This document shows, one piece after another, positions 39,347 through 52,388 of a DNA stretch of 64,000 nucleotides. This DNA comes from Tubiluchus corallicola (taxonomy: Eukaryota > Animalia > Priapulida). Both the position numbers and the translations under genes were made by a program. The stretch covers positions 434,001-498,000 of the forward strand of contig JAQGDQ010000114.1 in the NCBI GenBank assembly GCA_030141605.1, in the 5' to 3' direction. The notes beneath the pieces were generated by a model. The model had not been told where the DNA came from and searched no databases. It saw only the letters and a list, made by a program, of their open reading frames with translations. Numbering within the stretch: the stretch's first letter is position 1; each line of letters opens with the position of its first letter.

Positions 39347-40983
39347 ATATCCCTAAGGAAAACAGTCATGACAAACCTTACTAATTATGAATAATTGGTT
39401 GAAACGATTTATAACCAGTCTTACAGAAATACCTGATGAACTTTACCCGTACAGTTGCATGACTCATGCTCCCGCAAATTACAAAATTAGCGTCTCTCTT
39501 GTCTTTGCTAAAATTAACTGGAAATTACAAGTGTAAGATGGACGTGTAACAGGTTTAGATTCCACTTCGCTGATGCTGATAATACCTGAGATTTGATCAA
39601 CTATCAGGTCTGAAACAATACTTTCTGTATATCAAATAAACAATGGCTTGGTGTGATGAAGGGGGTCATGTACCCGTTGTCGTTGGTACTTTTTACAGCC
39701 ACTTCCTTTTCGCGCAGAAATTATTACTGTTAGAAGTGTAATTAACTATACTAGCCGGTGTTTGCTCAAGCAAGGTAGGTTATTCACTTAAATCTTATTG
39801 GTAATAGTGTTAAGTCAATAATTCCCGTTCCGAAGACAGAAATAAAAACGCCGCTGCAGCCATTTTTGAAAACAATACAAATAACCATTGGCGAAACTTT
39901 GAACGGGGGCAATTTGTTCGACAAGCAAACTTATATTGTAGCAGAAAATCAACGAAAGTGGAAGACTCTGAGAATCACGTCTAATATAGCGCGCGTCAGA
40001 AGAAGATTAATTTTTAACCCTTGGCGCGAAGCAATTTCATTTTCATTTGGCAGATCAACGCTTAGTGTAAGCCTTCTTAGACGGCAGATTGCACTAATTA
40101 TTATTGATGAGAATCATTAATACCGGCTCGTTCAAGGCGTAGCAACTGTAGCTATTAATCTACTCTGAGATGTCTTTTTAAGAATGCCGCGCCTGTGACA
40201 GTTAAAATTGGTGGCACCTGGCAATGATTTACAGCTAGGGTAGCTGTCCTCTCATCTCCCCGATCGTACAATTGACCCTCTGTTTGTTAGCAGCTACGGT
40301 GAGCTACCCATATATAGACTGTTTAATTGGAGGTTTTGCAAGCTCTTGTCCGGCTGCTATTTGTATTATTACGAGTTATTTGTATTGAAAACTGCAGTAT
40401 AAAGCGAGTTGAAATGGCCATATTTTACACAAAAAGCCACGCGTCATTACAGTAAAATGGGAGAAACTGTTTTTGTTTATTGTACAAATTCCCCATCTCG
40501 CAGAGAATAGACTTATAGGATCATTAGAACTGCGCATTTTCAAGACATCGCAAAATATTTAAAGTTTGAAAAATGTTTGTACAGAGAGCGAATAATAGTT
40601 AAAACTCACAGAAGTCTGTCTATGGCAAATAAAAGTATGTTATGAAGCGGACCTTGTTATGGAGTAGCCTTAATTAATAATTATATAAATTTCGTTACAT
40701 TGATTCAGGCCCAGGGCAATTATTTTTAACGATAAGTAAGTTGACAATATGTGTGCGGTATATTAATTCAGTAAGATTTTCAATAGATGGAGGTTGGTGT
40801 TGCACACACTTTAGTATGGTAATTTGTACAAATCTTCTAACGCCAGCTGTTGACAAGAAAGAAAATCATCATAAGCTGCTGGATATATCTATTAGTTTTA
40901 CTAAGTATTGTTGTACTATAGCGAGATGAGCATTTCTGTAGAATGTTTGGCTTTATTGTTATTTTTCCTTGACCTGTTTTTAC

Positions 40984-41138
40984 TCGGTAACTCTTACACC
41001 GATGCACCTACGGAAAGCGAAGCTCATGTTCTTCTATGTACGCTACCCCAGCAGTGCCATCCTGAAAATGTACTTTCCTGACATTCAGTTCAACCGCAGC
41101 AATACGGCTCAACTCGTCAAATGGTTCAGCAATTTCAG
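40984..41138 (+). CDS. pros: prospero coding exon 3 (atypical homeodomain)
   Basis: Follows U12 branch point TTCCTTGAC and AC acceptor; translates [52 protein letters not shown]; donor AG|GTAGGC. Not in the ORF track. Confidence 0.96.
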
Positions 41139-41932
41139 GTAGGCTTTTTTGCCGTTATAATTGTTCAAAATCTCTCTGTTCTGCCCTTACAAGCGAGCAA
41201 GATAAGTTGATAAAGCGCTTATAACTATTGAAGCACAACTTTGCAACAATTAACTTACCTGAAAAGGAGCAAAGCCTGCTGCAACACAAAGGGCGTTCAC
41301 TTGCACCTGTCCAGGGTTACAAAGACCTTTGCCTGATTTTGTAGCCAAGAGGATATGATTCATAAATTTTTAATATCTAGTCTAGGTGATATTTCGCTTG
41401 TTGTACTTAGTGTGTTGTTTTGGTCTATTATAAGGGATTAGTATTAACCAATGTAGTCTGTTGTGGTTGAGGAAGTACCTTATATTGTAAGCGTAATGGC
41501 AACTTTCAGTGATTTACAGTTTGAAGGACTGGTCATTTTTTAATCATAGTGTTGATACATGTAACAATGTACATGATTTGTAAGCTTTTTCACCTGAATT
41601 TCTACTTAGGACAAAGATATTAATTAATTTTATAATAAACTGTCAAGCTATTTCTTCAGAGTTTATTTTGTAATTAAAATATTTGGATAGCAGATATAGT
41701 TGCTCGAAATTTTACTTGCGAAATATACAGTTATTTTTATAGTTGTGTTGCACAGTTTCAATAGTGACAAAACTGAATTAGTTGATAGTAACTTTAATGA
41801 AAGAGCCACTCCGTAAATTGAGGCACCAATTTGATTCGTTATGTTCTGGTTATTTCAGTTTATTTATTCCGCCTGATTTTAAAGAAGTAACTTAATAAAC
41901 ATCTGTCCCTATAAGTTTTACAAATTTTCCAG

Positions 41933-42077
41933 AGAGTTTTTCTACATCCAAATGGAGAAATACGCCAGGCAAGCAATTAGTGAAGGCACGAAGGCCATGG
42001 ATGATATAATTGTCGCCAGAGACTCAGAAATATTTCGGGTTTTAAATCTTCACTACAACCGCAATAATCATATTGAG
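41933..42077 (+). CDS. pros: prospero coding exon 4 (end of homeodomain / Prospero domain)
   Basis: ttttccag| then [18 protein letters not shown]...[18 protein letters not shown], donor GAG|GTATCA; phase matches exon 3. Confidence 0.96.
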
Positions 42078-42380
42078 GTATCATTAAGTTAGTTTGCTTT
42101 GTCTTGTTCAGATGTATGATTTTTGTCACTAATTGAATTTTCACTGCTTAAAACTGTTTTGCAAACATAACCATTCACATGATCTTTTCTCTTGATAATA
42201 CAGTTACAAGACTCTTTGTGTATCTGTAAAACTGCGTCTGTTGATACATTGTAGCATTTTACATGTATCAAATACCACTAAGCTAGAATTATTGCATCAC
42301 TATTTTCTTAATTCTTTTTACGTCACTGTCATCGATACTCTAACTGAGTTAGACAGTTGTTTTATTGGAATTTTTAACAG

Positions 42381-42560
42381 GCTCCAGAGAATTTCCGCAA
42401 AGTTGTGGAGATAACACTAAAGGAATTCTTCAGGTCTGTGTCAATCGGAAAAGATTCTGAACAATCATGGAAGAAACAGATCTACAAAGTAATAGCCCGC
42501 CTAGATGATAACATTCCTGAGTATTTTATGACACCAAATTTTCTAGAGCAACTCGAGTGA
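42381..42560 (+). CDS. pros: prospero coding exon 5 (Prospero domain C-terminus, stop)
   Basis: tttttaacag|[62 protein letters not shown], the canonical Prox C-terminus. Confidence 0.96.
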   Translation, partial: APENFRKVVEITLKEFFRSVSIGKDSEQSWKKQIYKVIARLDDNIPEYFMTPNFLEQLE

Positions 42561-44570
42561 ATAGTTCTTATTGTTGTTTGTTTAGACTTTATTTATTTTC
42601 TAATCGTCTCAGAGAATTTAGCAGTTTCAGTGAAACCAGAATTTACGTCACTTTTTCTTTTTGAACTACATAATTTTAATATCTGCTTTATACCATTGTA
42701 TTGAATGTTAAATTTGAACATTGTGGAGAATACATGTTGTGCTAGTCTATACGTACCATACTACAATCATTTTTATATCAATTTAATATTTGTTCTTTTA
42801 AATATCATGGTTGGAATGCTGAATTCTGTAAAAAATGGCCTCTGTGAGTAGACACTAAGGTACAACAAGAGAATTTTGGCAATGCTTCAATTTTGATCAA
42901 TTGTGTTTTCTCTAGCAATTCTGAAAGGTGTACGCTGAACTACTTGCTATTAACCAATTTCTTCTTCCCTTTATTGCTGACCTTATTATGAGATCCGATT
43001 GCATATTAACTGCTTTACCGAGAGATTTGTGTTTCATGCCTGTTATTAAAAAACCTTAGCAAAGATGCAGGCCTACTTTTAGCTTTATTGATATTATTTT
43101 ATGCATTTAATAGAAATACGATCTCGATTATCATAATGTGTAATACCAAAGTGACCAACAATGCCAAAGATTATGCTGGTTTCATTGTAGCTGGTCTTGC
43201 TACATTTGTGAAGTCCTCTACTGGAGAACTTTTATTATTTATTCAATTAATACAATTTATACAATTAGATAAGTAACGTAATGGACTAAAGAATTGAACA
43301 GCATCAGTATAAACTTCCAGTAGTTTCAAAGGTTTTATTAACTCCATGGTCTAGCTTGAGCAATACTGTAAATGTATTAAACTTCAGGATTAAATTTCAG
43401 ACATTTTGAATTAATTTTTGGAATGTACTAGTATTGCCTTTAAGACTAAATTAAATTGCATTACTGAAATGTATTGTACTATTTACTTGCGTACTAAATT
43501 AAATAGTAATAAACTTAGTTTAAGCAATTTGTGTTAAATTAAATGCCCTTGCAGTATGTCCAATTATTCACACTGTAGAAACACTTGGTAACTTTTAGTT
43601 TGTTATCTATTGAATTATTAGTAGTGGTAAACTAATACCGTCTACTGTCAGCCTAACAATGAAATATTAAGTAATAATACGAGTATTAGGTTAAACATAG
43701 AAGTAACATCAGTAGGTGCTTGTCTGTCGTACAAGAGTATAACTAATGTAGCATTAATTTTTGAGACGGCATTTAAAATTGGTTAACTTTATATTTTTTG
43801 ATACTTGTACTGTAATACGATTTTATTGTGATTGATATCCTTGCTTAAAACTCTGTGTGCTTATTAGAGTGTATTTCCTGTCTATTTTTTCAACAGTTTA
43901 AATCTGTAACTTGCTATTTGTTTTTGTCAAGCCGCCTTCCCATACGTGTGTGAGTATTTTATTTTACTCCCATTAAAGTTCCTGCATTATTGTTCTGAAT
44001 AAAATGGTGTCTTGGTTATACTGTTCATTTTACCATTCCTTACCAATATTTATAAATCTAATAATGTTTTGTTAAGCTTCTGTGAAGTTACACGATATTT
44101 ACCAAATCTTATTATTACTCATAAGATTAAGAAATCAATGATTTCAGCAAATGTGTATAGTATAATTATCGGTGTATTTTTCTATTTATTGGTCAGTGTG
44201 TATTTGCGTGTTTAAAGTCATATTCATCTGGTGTGCCACTTTCAGTATGAAATTGAAAAACTTGTGCTGGTGTCATAAATGACATCTATTCCATCATCTG
44301 TAATAACAAAAATTTAATCATCACATTTGGCTATAAAAACTTATGAAACTATCATGCTGATCCTAACGGGCTGCTAAATAGTTCGTTCAATATACACAGT
44401 GTTTGTTATACTTTAATACAAAAAGTCATGTATATACGTGTTTTAATGTTTTTAACTCATCTTTGCATAACTTGTTAGTGAGAAAGTAATTTACAAATGG
44501 CACTTTATTTAATCTGTGAGAGCATGCTGCTATATTCATGGAATATATTGCCTTTAAAAGTATATTTATA

Positions 44571-44603
<33 letters not shown>

Positions 44604-46580
44604 CATTATTATTATAGTAATTCTTATTATATTTAACTTAAATGTAAATTGATATTGATGTACATGTACCATTTTATTCATTCCTTCAATAAACTTGTTT
44701 ATTATCTCAAGTTCTATTGCTTAGAAAACCTGCGGTCTTATCCATGTTTATCTATGCATCGTGATGTCCTTGCACCTGTCATTTTTTCGAAGTAAATGAG
44801 CCTTATTAGGAAAGATACAATTTACCTGGCACAGTCACTTACTTTACTGCGCAGTTCCTGTACTCGAGTATCGCAAGACTGACTGGGCTACTAAAGGTGG
44901 CATAAAGAAAACTAAGGAAATTAACGATAATTACAGGAAGAAACTAATAGAAAGAGGAGATGTGCCTGAAGCGTAGATCCTGCTTTTTCTAATCCACTGA
45001 GATCTGTCAGGTATTAGTGTTAACTTATAACGTCCTGGGACGACGAGGTAATTATAGTATCTTAAAAGTGTCTAAGTATAACAGTGAGCATAGAAGTTTA
45101 ATCTATGCATCAGTGATGTAGTAAGTTTCATTTAATGAGGTACTCCCGAAACTCGTTAAGCGTACTTGTTGAATTTTGGTAATTACAGAAAATTTGTCCA
45201 TAAAGTCGATTTTAAATTATTATTGGGTGACTGATTAATTTTTGATATTATCAACATAACACATTTTTAGCCTAACTGTGTTAACGAAAAATTTAGAGGT
45301 TACAGGTATCAAAGGGTAAAGTGGCGATCTACAGGCGTACACTGTGACACTTGCTCCTGTCTGCTATTGTAATTTGAACTTACCTACGAGGCATTAATAA
45401 GCATTTTCTATGAACTAAAGCTGACTAAAATGCTTTTATTGGGAATAAATAGGTGAAGCAAAAATGTATTTCTTATGGGAGAAGAGTTATAGGTAAAGAT
45501 TATGAACGTATACATCGATGTAGCTTTGTTTTATTATTGTTAGTGACAATGGGTGCAAAACCTATTAAAATTTCGTGCTTTAAAATAATGACAAAGTTGG
45601 CAGCGCCATCTGCATTGTGTCGGTGAAACAAGATAACTTCGAGGAGTCCAGGCGCTGGCAACGTGTGTCAGTTCATCCGTTCTTCATCTGTCTAATTGGG
45701 AGTTAAATTCAAAATAGCGTTACTGATTATCAAGGGAAGATGAATAGACGAAAATTTGTGCGACAGGTGTAATGGTAAAGCGTATCATCGCTTGCTGCAG
45801 CCTCCAATATCGAACTTGGCAAGTCCGTCCCAGAGGAAGTGCTAAACTAGCCATTCAAAAAACATTACGCTTGCTTGCAAAATATTATTTCGCAAACGAG
45901 GTTATTCTAATTTTGCACTAAGCTACTAACAAATTACGAGCTGAGAAACGCAATATGTTTACATTTTTTTCTGAAAAAAATTAAAGGAATATGTTTAAAC
46001 TGATTAAAAACTATTTGCGAGTAGATCTATAATCCTAGGCTCCTAGCCTACACAAAGGAAATAATTGTAAACCTGTGAGGACGTATTAGTTTATTATTTG
46101 CAACCTGTTTCATTTACTTCCTGGAGAGTTTTAACTTCGCAGTTAATAGACTGTATCGGGGTGTCTCAAAAATTCCTGATTTTTTTTAAACTATTAATAT
46201 AGTAAAATTTTACAAGCGGAAAAGGATGACAGTTTGGTTGATTCACAAGAATTTCCATACCGTCAAATTTGTTCAGTAAGTCAAATGCGACGATTTTATA
46301 CTTACATATTACCTCATTTCTAAGCAATAATAGTTATTACAGCCATGCAGCGATTTTACACCTGTTCTAGAATCAGTATGGTACCAGAAGAAAACGGCCC
46401 AAAAATTTAAATATACACTAAAAAAATTTCAACTACTAAGTACGAGTTTACCACAAGATAAAATGTCGATTGAATTAAGCGAGACATTTCTGACAGTGAA
46501 ACAGTGTGTATTTAACAGCTAAGAGGCAACTCACTAGCCGGCTAGAAAGCCCGACCTTTAACGTCAATATTGTAATGTAA

Positions 46581-46750
46581 TAATAAACACACCGTCACAA
46601 ACACTTTTATTTCAACAAAATAATCTTTCTTCATTTATAATAAACACACCGTCACAAACTTTTATTTCAACAAAATAATCTTTCTTCATTTATAATAAAC
46701 ACACCGTCACAAACACTTTTATTTCAACAAAATAATCTTTCTTCATTTAT
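46581..46750. repeat. Tandem repeat, 3 x 55-57 bp
   Basis: Unit taataaacacaccgtcacaaac(ac)ttttatttcaacaaaataatctttcttcattta; copies are near identical. Confidence 0.95.
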
Positions 46751-48987
46751 ACCGACATTAATTATAATCCCTACAAAAGAAATGTTAGATTGAAAGTAAA
46801 ATCTGGCATTTGTGTGTGCTAACTTTTTTTATTTCTTGGTCAAAATTAATAAAAATATAATTATCATGTCTGTGTTGCCATGAATGACTGATGGACTGTC
46901 TGGCTGATTTGATATGACTGATTTTATTTTAATATTTTAATCCAAACTTTACTATGTTCATATAAATATAAACATCACAAACTAATAAAAATACAATAAA
47001 TTATGTCGAACGACAGTAACGCAAATAACAATAAACTATATAACAAATTTCGCCACTGGCGTCTAATTTCAGAAGTAACGATTTTTACGCCACTGACAGA
47101 CAAATGAATGAATGGAAACTTAAAGTTGGATCATAAAATATGTAAAACATAACCGCGTTAGCTTTTGATCGAGTATTATATTAAAGTTGCTACTTAAGCG
47201 GCATACATTAAATTTAGGAATGAGCAAAAACGATAATACCTAATGGCATAATCTTGAATAGGTGTGCATACTTGAGAAGTCTGATAAAAGTGTAGCATAG
47301 TAATTTAGCAACTGTTTTGAGATGCATTATCCTTAAGTCTTTCCTACTCTTTTATTCTTGATTTTCAGACACTATCTGCATGGGACCTGCAACTGATATT
47401 AAATGAGACCGGGCGTCACATGTGATTAGTCCTAGCATGCAATATTACATTAAAGGTGGGCATTAGGGTAACGAGATAAGAAATATATTGCTTCTGAGCA
47501 CTTAGTATGTTGCGTAACTATAGTCATCTAATTCTTCACTTTCCGTGACTTCGATTAGCACAGGTTTTCGACTTAGTAGTCCTAATCTGAACTGTAAAAG
47601 ATCTACAGAGGCATAATAAGCCCATGAAATATTGATTTTAAATTATTTATTTTTGCGGCTTAACAAAATTTCCCAGAATGTATCTTAAGTACGAGTCTAG
47701 TTGTAGCCTATTCACACTGAAATTGCACTACAAACTATTCTTCTAGAGCCACCTGTAGAAATAATGTCTTTCATCTCAGTTAAAGGGCAATGTGTTCAAA
47801 CAATTTAAGTTTCTAAATGGCTAAAACTAACCATGTAGAAACGAAAAGAAATATCTAAAAAGGTATTTGTAAAATATTTTATATCCAAGTGGTTTTTGAC
47901 CACCGAACTTCAAATGCTCAACAAACTTAATGTTAGTCGTTTGGCTCTGAAGCTAATGGAAATTTTGAAAAACAAAAATAAACTCGGCATTCCCACAGTT
48001 TCTAGGTTTGCATTGGTTTAATATCAAAATTTTATAGTGAATCAGAAAATGGTGAATGTACCCTAATCTCATTTACACGTGAATCACACAAGAATCGTGT
48101 TACTAGCTGCTTTCCTTAAATAGTTTGCCGTTTGCGGCTTCCAGTACTCGGCGTCTAATAATAGTGGCGCGGGGCGGCGTACGTCAGACTACATCATTTG
48201 CGAGAATATTAACAGTTCAACAGCACTAACTGATAAACAATTAAATAGTAATATAAGAAGCAAAACTATCCCACCTAAATATAGACGTCGTTGTTTAACT
48301 TATAAAAAATGTACTGATTGTTGAACTTAGCTGAAGAAAATGAATCGTTCACTACTTGGCTCTCTCTATGGCTTCAACCATTCCTTAGCAGGGTTGTTTA
48401 TGATAGTGGTGTGAACAAGTGTCGAGGAGGTTGTAGCAACGGAAAACACATGTTTAGATGACCTATAGATAATCTGGAATGACAACCTTTAAATACGACG
48501 TTGGATTTGTAAAGTTTGGTTTCATGTGACACAATTCAGTACCCACTTGTATCGCCAAAAGAAACTCTAGTGCACCCGTTATTGTTTGTTTTTGCAAACA
48601 AAATGAGAACACCATGCTGCACACCTTTTCCTGTAGCTTCATGGACTGACACAGATCAGGCGCTTAGGAAAGATCTTATTATAATTTTCATTTATCGACA
48701 AAATATTATTTACACGTACAGACAAAAAACCGTAGTTTTGTTAATTTGAACCAACCCCTTCTCATGAATGGATACGTGCATATTTTTGCACCAGCAGCTG
48801 CCTAACTATTTGGAAGAAGCCTCATTTCTGGCTGGCCAGAATGTAAATAGTGTACAGTCTCCTCAGCTGACTGGGCTGCTCACATAGCAAGTGTGGCTCT
48901 ATAGATTTGGATATTTGTTTTCAGTGGAACAATTTTGGTGTTTGTGCCTTCGGCTTCACGTATGTGTTTTATTGATACATGACTCAC

Positions 48988-49780
48988 CTTTGTAATGATC
49001 ACAAGTGAACTATCTTCTCCTGTTTTTGTAATGGCGAACAGTGAGAACTATAATTCATTCACACTTGAAACTTTCTAAATCAATCGACTTTATTATTTTG
49101 TACCAAATTTTACTTTTATTATTACAACATTCTTGTGTAGTTGCATTAAATTAAAAATTGGCCAGTGGTTACTGTCACTGCTTATACGGCATCGGTTTCT
49201 TTTCTAACTTTTTACTTATTACTTTGAACTCAGTACTCGACACTTTCTTATCTAAGAATAGCAGTAGTCGTGGCTGCTTTAACAGACCTATAACTAATTT
49301 TTCTATGTGTAGTTATAAACGGTCGCTCGACGTTCAAATCTCAACTTAGTCAGTTAGTTACTCAAGTTTTTTCTCAAAAAGAAACTAGAACTAAATTACA
49401 TGGAAGTAACAATGCCGACATAGAACTGAAAGCAAGTACAGTGTTCCGGCTCGAAATTATCACAATATCAGGGTACCTGACAATCTGAAAAGTTCAGTAG
49501 TTTGAAAATCTCCATGGACCACTGCGTTGACGGGTTCTATTGTTCCAAGTTTTTAAACTAACATTCCGTCATAACAAACGTTTGATGTTTGTCCGCCCAG
49601 ACCTTGTCTGTCTTCAAGGTAACCGGGTAAATTCAAAAACGTTATAGGTACATTAGAATAAAATACATCGGCATTCTTACTTGCTTTCCAGCTCTTGTTT
49701 TTGTTTTGGAACAAATGGTCCTGCAACTTTATATAACAGCTCAGTGTGGTCCTTTTGCGGCTAATCAATTGTAGAAGCAA
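48988..49780 (-). pseudogene. Possible decayed multi-exon gene with weak P-loop GTPase-like motifs
   Basis: Three exon-like blocks with AG/GT ends encode ITFLNLPGY, PRLLLFLD and FSLFAITK; one in-frame stop and one phase mismatch. Confidence 0.25.
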
Positions 49781-51121
49781 GAGTCTTTCGGGAACAGCTT
49801 ACTCTGCGAGACTACCTAACTACCATATGCAGTAACTTGCTTCAGGTTTCTTGACTTTTTAAATGTGATTTCTGACACCTTATGTGTGTGTGTTTTAACT
49901 AATACATTATATACTATATTTTATATATTTAATATTTTATATATAAGCATATAATATGAATATATAAGCAGTAAATGAAAAAAATATCGCAGGCAGTGAG
50001 GTGGCTGTCAGCACAATTACTAATTTTTTGCATTCTAAATTTATGTAAATGGTCTGGGAATAGCAGCTATTCCTTTGCCATTATAAAATTTGCAAGTATC
50101 ATTGCGCTTACTCGTAGTTTGAGTTTTAGCATTATTTGCGCGAAGCCATGATCTTTCCGCCTTAATATCTGACCTCATGCTGAAGCCGGCGGAGAATTCT
50201 AAGATCACTGCATTCATTTTCCGAGTTTCGGTCATACATCCCATATTTACATTATGGTGTTTGATGTATATTTGTTTTGGTTTCAACTTTCATTTTTCTC
50301 GGTTACATTACACTCCGTCTATAATGAATAAATTGGATGACAGTATACAGCTGCCTAGATGTAATAAGGCGGACTAACCGTCTCCTATGATATTTGCCAA
50401 TTGAATTACATTTTTTTAAAGTTTCTGTACGAATTTTTTTACTGAATAACTTATATAATTTTTAATAAATAATTTATAAGCCAGAAACCACAAGGTTGTT
50501 AGACCTACAATTCTGGTTGACCTACAGTTTTTCAGAAATTTTTCAGTAGCTCCTGCTTTCGAAATTCGACTGTTGGTCAATAAAGTTTCACGACTAATTT
50601 AACTGAATTATCAGGGCAGAATTAAACATTTCGCTTGCCTGTTTTTTGAGTGAGGTGCTAAAATAGAAACGTGAAGCAATGTTTCTAAAAGCATTGTTTT
50701 TTACCAGTTTGTACTGATCTAGGATATAGGTCTAGCTAGAAGTTGCTCATAAATTTTCGCAGCAATAAATAAATATAAAAACCACCTACATTGACATTTC
50801 ACACAACAGAAATTTATACAATTAAACTATGCATAACCATAACTAAACTACAAACTGTCTACACTATGAGAAGCCTGTTTATGCAATTATTGATAAAAGC
50901 TAAAGCACATTGCGTCGCAGGAGCTTTAATCATTCGGCACTTCGTAACCTAGGCCTTTAGGAACTAACACTTAGAGAGTCTCTTTGCAAATGTTTTTACT
51001 TTCTTCTTTTTTCTTTCTTTCTTACTTACTTTTTTAGATTAAAAATTAAACGTATAAAACTGTCAAATTTTATAACTATTTTGTTTAGTGTAAACTGTAA
51101 AGATTAGGAATTCAATCAGCC

Positions 51122-51304
51122 ATGTCGATGTATATGATGTATGGTCTTCACGACATTCACACTATAAAGCCACATTTGTACCTGAGCGGAGCGAAGCCAG
51201 TCACAGCGGAGAGGATCAAAGCACTCGGCATCACTTCTGTCATTAACGTCAGTCGTGACCTTCCACGCATCAAGGTTCGCAACGTTAGATACATGCAGAT
51301 AGAT
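51122..51304 (+). CDS. Atypical dual-specificity phosphatase (DUSP14/18/21-like), exon 1
   Basis: IKPHLYLSG...LGITSVINVS...YMQID is the N-terminal half of a DSP domain; donor GAT|GTAAGT, phase 0. Confidence 0.9.
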
Positions 51305-52388
51305 GTAAGTAGTTTTTAGTGTATTTCATCATTCTCAGTTTAACACCTAAAAATCTTAACTGCTGATGATTCTTTGAAGATTAATAAACTTTTAATTACA
51401 ATACAGTGTATCTCAGTGTAAGTCATAAATCAGTGCGTATCATGGTATAAATTTTTTAACAAAAAATTAGATTAACTAAAACCTTTGGCAATTAACCTGG
51501 TTAAATTAGACAAATAGAGCTACTATAAGGTAAGCCTCTCTATTTTCGCTACCTTCTTCAAAGCGTATTTCTCTTAATGATTAACACGTGCATTTCCAAT
51601 AATAGCAAGCATTTCTAGTTAAATGTTTGCACAACAATCTCTAACTGTTATTTTGAGTTTACGAAGGACAATTGAAGGTGCCCTTGTCTTTTTGTATAAA
51701 TTTTAGCCTGTTTATAAAAAATACGGGATGTTAAGTCTCCAAAGTCCTAAACTTTCGATAGAACTCTCCCAGGGACCGGTCCAGTGGCAAATCGGATATT
51801 TTGCCTCGAGAAACTCTTTCGTAGTTCGTGACTAGTGAGGAAGGGCTTTACCTTGTTGCAAAACTGCGCGTATAACATAGAACGTAGAGAGAACATAGCG
51901 CGGTACATATGCTGTTCTGAAATTCCACGGCACTTCAGTTTATGATCGAAAGACGTCTTGTCGAGCTGACGGGCTGAGATGTTGAACCTTATTACTGACT
52001 TTAGTGCCGTCGCCACTGTAATAGGGCGTCAGTTAAAATTTAATTGAGGAGAAGTACCAAAGACCGCTTTTGATCGATGCCAACGCCTATTAGGATTGGA
52101 CGAAAAGCTAAAAGGAAAATCAGAAATCAAAGTGCATACTGACGTTTAAGGCAACCCATATAAGCAAATAATTACTGACATATTACTGACTTCACCATGA
52201 AAAGTAAATATCTTCCTTTTTCTTGTACATTAAAAGAAATCTCGACCTGAACACTTGTGTGCCATTTCAAAACAACTTACAACGAAAAATAACCGGCATG
52301 ATTGGTCTATCATACAAACAAATATTCTGAGTAAATCTGGCTTTCTTTGCTAAGCAAGACACTGTTAACCTGCAGTTTTCACTTACAG

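Noticed and set aside
46581-46750. CRISPR-like repeated units
   Set aside because: Contiguous tandem copies without spacers, in a eukaryotic context.
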